Source: the human T2T-CHM13v2.0 reference genome, Homo sapiens
Assembly (NCBI RefSeq): GCF_009914755.1
Contig: NC_060926.1
Length of the DNA: 64,000 nt
Reading direction: 5' to 3' (one strand)
Part shown: positions 56,766-64,000 of the stretch, piece by piece
Layout of the letters: every line of letters starts with the position of its first letter
Numbering within the stretch: the first letter of the stretch is position 1
Translations under genes and position numbers: made by a program
The notes under the pieces: model-generated
The model's database searches: none
Seen by the model: the letters and a program-made list of their open reading frames with translations, nothing else
What the model was told of the DNA's origin: nothing

Positions 56766-57034
56766 GCCGGGCGCGATGGCTCACGCCTATAATCCCAGCA
56801 CTTTAGCAGGCCTAGATGGGTGGATTGCCTAAGCTCAGGAGTTCAAGACCAGCCTGGGTAACATGCCGAAACCCCATCTCTATTAAAAATACAAAAAATT
56901 AGCTGACCGTGGTGGCACCCACCTGTAGTCCCAGCTACTGGGACGCTGACACATGAGAATCGCTTGAACCTGGGAGGCGTGAGCTGAGATTGTGCCACTG
57001 CATTTCAGCCTGGGCGACAAGAGAGAGACTCTGT
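56766..57034 (+). mobile_element. AluS lacking poly(A) tail, with 10-nt internal deletion
   Basis: Ends at gagactctgt; flanked by 23-bp repeat gtaca(a/g)gtccacaaagaggttct. Confidence 0.95.
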
Positions 57035-57949
57035 GTACAGGTCCACAAAGAGGTTCTCTGAGTAGGGAAAACAAAAAAAGCAGCCCTTTAAAGATCTGGA
57101 TTTTATCAAAAGTGAGGGAAACTAGAAAGTATCTGTGTCCAGGTATCACATTCAAAACTGCAATGTCATTCCTCGTAGAGATAAAACGGAAGGTTGTCTC
57201 CTAAGTGAAATGGTTCCTCAGCTTGATTTTCGAATGAGGCTTGATTTGGGAGTAGCAGCGAACTTCATTGAGCAAAGCTAGCCCAGACCTGGCCATAGCA
57301 TTGGAAAATGCCCCAGAAGGGCCCCAGAGATGAGGGCTGTAGTTTTGCCTGAATAACAGGGGAAATGAGGGCCTTGAGAACTCATATCTTGCGAGGCTAC
57401 TTCTTGAGAAAACAAATATGACAAAAGGCTGTTAGCAGCTTTAAGATGTAGAAAGGGTTCCCAAGTCTGTAGCAAGCTCAGTAAGGAACCTCAGTGGCTA
57501 TTTGCCAAAATCAGAAGAATCATCTGAAATTATGCATGGGAAAGAGGACAATTAAGGTGTCTTGACTGGGCACTCCCATTCCTAGCAGGAAGTACAGCAA
57601 GTCTTCCTTCCTCACTGTGGCAGACTGAAGCTTCAGAATGTGTATTAGAGCTCTGCAATACAAGGAAGAGAGCAAGTTGAGCTCCATTGCAGGACATTGC
57701 AGCTATCAACTGGTGGTCATTAAAATAAAATAAAGCTTCTCAGTTTGCAAAATCACATTTTATGTGAATTTTTCATATTCAAGTTTGTAATTTGGTTCCC
57801 TGAATGGCATTCTATGTTTGGCACCTGGTGTCTTGGGTGGAAGTTCCCAAGTCTAACCAGAATCACAGGAGGAAGGGAATGTGAGGTTGTGGAGGCTGGG
57901 GAAAAAGGTGCAAGAACCACTGAATCATCATCCCTAGGGTGGGACTTGG

Positions 57950-58400
57950 AAAGGAGTACATACGTCCCCAAAAGATTTATACCACTGTGCTTATATAGCT
58001 CCATTCCTCACAGCCCCAAACTGAAAACAAATCAACTTTTCAAACAACAGGAGAATAGGTAAACAAATTTGGAATCGAATAAAATAACTCATGGCAATAA
58101 AATAAACAAATCACTGAGACTTGCAAAAATACGGATGAATTTTGAAAGCATCATATGGAGCATAAGTGCAAACTGAATGATCCCATTCTTACAAAGTTCA
58201 AGTAAAGGCAAAATTAATCTATGGTGATAGAAATCAAAGAGAGGTAACTTTTGAATACAAAGCGGTTTTGACTATAAAGAGACATGAGAGAGCTTTCTGG
58301 AGTGATAATTATATAAATATTTATGTACGCAAAAATTCATTGAACTATGTTTCAGATTAGAGCACTTTCCTGTGTATAAATTACCTTGTTTTAAATTTAC
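57950..58400 (+). mobile_element. Old L1M 3' UTR fragment
   Basis: aggcaaaattaatctatggtgatagaaatcaa motif. Confidence 0.65.
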
Positions 58401-60329
58401 TTTTCAAAAGAAATATTATTTAATAAGAAAGAACAATCTGTACTTTAAAGGTTTGGTAACTCCTTTCCACTACACTAAATATTTTGCCTTAAAAAAAAGT
58501 TTGACAACCCACACACACATGCACACTCATTCCCCATCCTCCTACTTGACATAATGTTGAATACTGAATTAGTCTTGAATAACTTACACTTTCATAAAAG
58601 AAGCTCTTCATTCTGGAATCTATGCAGTTCACTAAACTGTACTGTTCACATTGCTTTCATCATGTTAAAATTCTCAACAGCTATTTCATTATTTCTTACT
58701 AGGTCTTGTAATAAAAACAGGTGTCAGTATGCATCCAAATGCAAACCAGCTCCACCCAGGAAAATCATAACCTTGCTTTTAACTATATTGTAAATTTTTG
58801 TATAGATGTCATGTTTTCAATTACTTTTAAGTTTTAAGAGTTAACTTACACAAATGTTTTCATCTATGGCTTTTCTCACTGTAATTCGTTGAGTCCCCTT
58901 GAATTACTGCTCAAGTGTTTTTAGCTTTCATTGTTTAAAAAAATTGGATAACTTCACATTGCAAGTTGGTTGTGCAACCAATCACCACAATGGTTTCATT
59001 TTACACACAGTATGACACCGCTGGTGTTTCTGGGGCTTCATGGCTTCTGCCCATCCCATTGACTGCTGCTCTGTGTTCCAATTAGCCTCACCTCCTGTGT
59101 TTTCGCTTCTCTCCTCCCACCCTAGCCATCAAGCACAACAAGGAAGTTCATCTGACCTCCCAAGAGCTTTCACGTGTTTCTCAAGGAGCTGCTTTGTGGA
59201 TCAAATCTTTCCATTCCCCTCCTCTTTCTCTGCTATTCTTTCCCACCAATGCTGATTGATTAGAATTTTGCAGCTTTAAAAAGAATAAGGTGGCAATTAC
59301 ATCGTCTCCAATAAATATTTTTCTCCCACATCTTGTTACCTGAGGAGCAGGTCAGCTGAAAATATGCATTTTCCATTGGTAAGGGGTCAGTTCTGCATAT
59401 GCTGTAATTTAGTTTATATCTGGTTTGCAACACACACCTGCAGTTCCAAATGAAACCCCAAAAGAGACTGACAAGTACTTTTATGAAATAAACAGGAAAG
59501 AACATAACCTAGCAAACCTTCCAGAGCCCAATAGTCTCCAAATATATGACTATTTCAGTGACAAATGTAGCCAAATATTAAATAAGGAATTGAAACATTT
59601 TTAAGTGTTAAAGAGAAAGCACTCTTATTTATTACAGCTCATCTCCACAGATCTGAACTCATATGTATCTTCAGGTCTTCTCTTAGGATTCTGAGACTCC
59701 CAGACTCACAAACCTATAACTTAAACACAGCTGGAGCTTGCTCGCTATTCTGGTTTTATATTCCTAGATCTCCTTAATTCTCATGACTCTAAGAGGACCG
59801 CTTACTCACCACATCTGTTCAAGGAGAAACCAAATGCTTTGTGCCTTTCCTACCAGCCAAAGCACCTTCAGTAGAGTTTTCAGACACGGCTTTCAGAAGC
59901 AAAATGCATAGTGTACTGGAGACACATCTAACACTTCCATAATTTTAGATACAGCAGTAGTGTCAATGAAGAGTGAAGAAAAAAAATGTTTGTGAAATTG
60001 CCAGCCTATCAACTCTCAACAAATTTGCCACTCACCTAAACCCTACTTTGGTCTAATGGCCAGCTACTTGAACAGATGGCTCCTTTGCTTATCAAAATAA
60101 CATCTGTCAATCCTGGCAAGTGAAGAATTGTATCTGTGTGTCCTCTTCCAATGCTACAACTAATTTATTAGGGTCTTAAATTCTTTTTGATGGATTAAGA
60201 GTCCTGGTGAGCACAAACAAGCCATTAGATTGACAGCAAAATTTTTCCACACTATAATGATTCACTAATGTGTTGACTGCTATCACACAATAATCAATTA
60301 GAAAACTTAAAGAATAGAAAATCTGAACT

Positions 60330-61015
60330 ATTTTTAATGTGTTTTTTCCTCTTTTCACATTGAGATCACTTACATACAATAAAATGCATAGGCTTTGAGC
60401 GATGAACTTTGACAAATGCGTATATCCATGTAACCATAATGCTGGTCAAGACAAAAAGCATTTCCATCAGCACTAAATGTCCCCGTGTGTCCCTTCCAGT
60501 CAACTCACCACCACCACCCAGAGGCAATCACTGTTCTAATCCTAGTACCATAGAGTAGGTTTGCCGGTTCTAAAGCTTCATGTAAATGGAATCATACAGT
60601 TTGCACTCTTTTATATCTGACTGCTTTCGCTTGACATGTTTTCAAGATTCATCCATGCTGTGTTTATCCATATGTTATTTGTTTATTATACGGATATACC
60701 ACAGTTTGTGTTTTCTTTTCTTATTTTAAAAATTAAAAGAATGCTTTATGAGTTTGCGTGTCATGCTTGCGCAGCGGCCACGCTAGTCTTCTCTGTATCG
60801 CTCCAATGTTAGCATCTGTGCCGCTGAAGCCAGCACTACCACAGTTTGTTTTCCACCCTCCTGGGAATGGACTTTTGGGTTTTTTCCAGTTTGAGGCTAT
60901 GAGAACTACAAGTCTTCAGGTGAACATATGCTTCATTTCTCATAGGTAAATACCTAGGATTGGAGTTGCTGAGTCATAGGGTAGTCCTAAGGCTTAACTT
61001 TGTAAGAAATTGCCT
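60330..61015 (-). mobile_element. Old L1M 3' UTR fragment hosting the U6 retrocopy
   Basis: catgtaaatggaatcatacag, aagattcatccatg, ttccagtttgaggctatg. Confidence 0.7.
60728..60836 (-). pseudogene. U6 snRNA full-length retrocopy (RNU6-like pseudogene)
   Basis: Minus strand GTGCTGGCTTCAGCGGCAC..GATACAGAGAAGACTAGCGTGGCCGCTGCGCAAGCATGACACGC; A-rich tail 60710-60727; TSD taccacagtttgt at 60697 and 60837. Confidence 0.95.
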
Positions 61016-61307
61016 GGCCAGGCATGATGGCTCGCGTTTGTAATCCCAACACTTTGGGAGGCTGAGGTGGGCTGATCATTTGAGCCCAGGAGTTTTGAGA
61101 CCAGCCTAGGAAACATGGCAAAATCCTGTCTCTACAAAAAAATACAAAAATTAGCTGGGTGTGGTGTCACAGGCCTGTAGTCCCAGATACTCAGGAGGCT
61201 GAGGTGGGATGATCACTTGAGCCCAGGAGGCAGAGGCTGCAGTGAACTAAGATTGTACCACTAAACTCCAGCCTGGGTGACAGAGCTAGACGTTGTCTTA
61301 AAAAAAA
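61016..61307 (+). mobile_element. AluJb-like
   Basis: Full Alu; TSD aagaaa(t/c)tgc. Confidence 0.95.
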
Positions 61308-61390
61308 GAAACTGCTGAACTTTTTTTTTTTACATGAACACTTCCATGTCCACTGATGCCCACATGCCAGCCTCAGCCACAGGCCAACTC

Positions 61391-61683
61391 TTTTTTTTTT
61401 TTTTTTTTTGAGATGCAGTCTCACTCTGTTGCCCAGGCTGGAATGCATGATCTCGGCTCACTGCAACCTCTGCCTCCCGGGTTCAAGTGATTCTTCTGCC
61501 TCAGCCTCTTGAGTAGCTGGGATTACAGGCGAGTGCCACCACGCCCAGCTAATTTTTGTATTTTTAGTAGAGTAGGGGTTTCACCATGTTGGCCAGGCTG
61601 GTCTCGAATGCCTGACCTTGTGATCCACCTGCCTCAGCCTCCCAAAGTGCTGGGATTACAGGCTTGAGCCACTGCGCCTGGCC
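61391..61683 (-). mobile_element. AluSg/Sc-like
   Basis: TSD gccacaggcc(a/c)actct. Confidence 0.96.
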
Positions 61684-61850
61684 GCCACAGGCCCACTCTT
61701 AAAAAGATAATGCATAATATAAGATTTTGTTTTTCTTTTCTTTTGTTTCTTTCTGCTCTGACAGGTAACTTTGATTGTCATTGACAGTTTTAAGAATTCA
61801 GTACCAACCACTGAAAGGGTATGAATATCCTTGCTTAAAGAAAGTTAAAA

Positions 61851-62190
<340 letters not shown>

Positions 62191-64000
62191 TCAGACCAGG
62201 CCTTCAGAGGCTCTGCCAATAAAGAGATGCTATGTTCATTGTTGCAAACACATCCATTCCCGGGTTACCCTCTGAACTTAGGCAGCGGGAAACTTTTTTT
62301 TTTAATATTACCACTTGGTTTTAGCAGTGAAATCACTGCTAAAAGGGGGGGTATTGTGCAAATTAACATTATAATTAAATGCTTGGTACTAAAGTAATCT
62401 TGGACAAGTCTTTCCCTTTGTTTCTGCTTTGGAGACTTGGGGTTCCCCAAATCCTCTTGGGTGGCATTCAATGGCCAGCCCTGGCATTAGAGGGAGGACA
62501 GTTGTTCATGTTAAGACAGCTCCGGTTTTGCATGATCAGCAGCCATGCTCTACATGGGATTAAGATTTATCCCTTTGATAATATGAAAAACAAGTAAACA
62601 AAAGGCACTGCTTGAAAATAATGATTTACCACAGAACATATTTTGCTTTAGTCAAACCTTTTTTTCTTCCTAAGGAAAAAGTGTGTGGGCTTATCTCTTG
62701 AAAATGCCAGCATGGCTGTGAACACTGGGGAAATTAAAAGACTGAATACAATAGATTTCTTATGTATGCCTATGCAGGGAGTTGCATAGCTTATTTATTA
62801 AGTTGTGTGCTAGGGGAGGATTATCTGCTTTGAACTTATCTATTACTTTGTGACAGTGATTTTTAAATATGGGGTAGTTTTGTATTGTACAAAGCCAAGT
62901 TCAAATGGAATCTTAAACTTAATAACTTTGGGAGCTTTGGCTATGACTTAGAATTTGGAAAATCAGAGATATAAACATTGTCTCCACCACCACCCCTTGC
63001 CCAGAAAAGGAAAGAATATGATGATATTCTATAGCCTTTTGACATAGCATCAATTATTCTTTCATAAAAATAGAAGTCAGTAGAACATTAGTACAGGTGT
63101 CTAGAGTAATGAATGCTGCCTAGCAAGGTTGATGGTCAGTACATCCCCATTTACTGCAATAGCCAAAAAAGAACTAAGACAGAGATGTCTCTGTCATGTG
63201 AGAAAGAGATGCACACTCTGGAGTCACATATTACAACAGGGAAACAATGGACACAATTGTGACTATCAGTGCAGCTTTCAGCTCAGTTCAAAGGCAAGAG
63301 TGGTCTCATTTATTAAATGGGATAGTTATGACCTGGTGCCTTGAAGTTTTATGCCACCAGCTAATACTCTGCACCAAAGACACTTCTTGTTTTTAACATG
63401 AAAAGTATGCAATAGCTATTAGCCGGTCTTCAGAATATTGCTCAGAATCTAAGGTAATGCTATTACTCTTATTTTATTTGAGGAGAATAAAGAGAATACA
63501 TATACAGAGAATAAAGATATCTATTGACCTTCAAGAATGCTTGCCCCTTGTCCTGATCAAACTTATACTTTTGACCAAAAATATGAATCTCTACAAAGAC
63601 TTTGTGAAATACTTTGTGATAGCTCTTTTAAATGACATTATCAAATATCTGTTCATTTTGGACCAAAACATAGAATGTGCAACGTTAAAAATAGGATGGA
63701 TTTTGTCCTGCCCTGATCCCAGCAGTTATGCCTGCAACTCCTGCAAAGGTAACCCTGTTATTGCCTCTTGACAATAACCCAGTTGGACAAGATATTTTAT
63801 TAGAAAATTCTTTTGGAATGCATGGGCCTCTTGCTATTAGAAAATACTTTCTAACTAAAGAAAAATTTATTATTTCCATCGAAGGGAATGAGTGACCTAT
63901 TATTTCAAAGCAGCATCCTTTCTTCCACAGATAAGTCAGTCAATATTTATTTTCATTCAAGAATCAGAGTTCCAAGCTGGCATAGTCTTACACGTATGGT

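Noticed and set aside
60728-60900. U6 copy as a functional snRNA gene
   Set aside because: TSD and A-tail show retroposition; upstream sequence is L1 with no evident PSE or TATA.

Overview
Primate (almost certainly human or great-ape) genomic DNA, intronic or intergenic, AT-rich and repeat-dense. No protein-coding exon can be recognised with confidence; the ORF track is Alu, L1, Tigger, LTR and microsatellite noise. Content: 18 Alu/FLAM copies, a near full-length Tigger2 with nested Alu and L1PA, a probable near full-length HAL1, a long old L1M with nested insertions, several MaLR/ERVL/ERV1 LTRs, small DNA transposons, and MIR/L2 relics. Two RNA retrocopies stand out. (1) A minus-strand processed copy of the 5' ~1.5 kb of the lncRNA NORAD (42985-46121), with TSDs, a poly(A) after an internal AGTAAA, ~300-nt repeat units, four intact Pumilio response elements, and a MER52 LTR inserted into it. 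(2) A full-length U6 snRNA retrocopy (60728-60836) with GC-biased substitutions and a compensatory swap in the catalytic ISL, suggesting a variant U6 source gene. Family names come from recalled consensus sequences, not database searches, and boundaries of old repeats are approximate.
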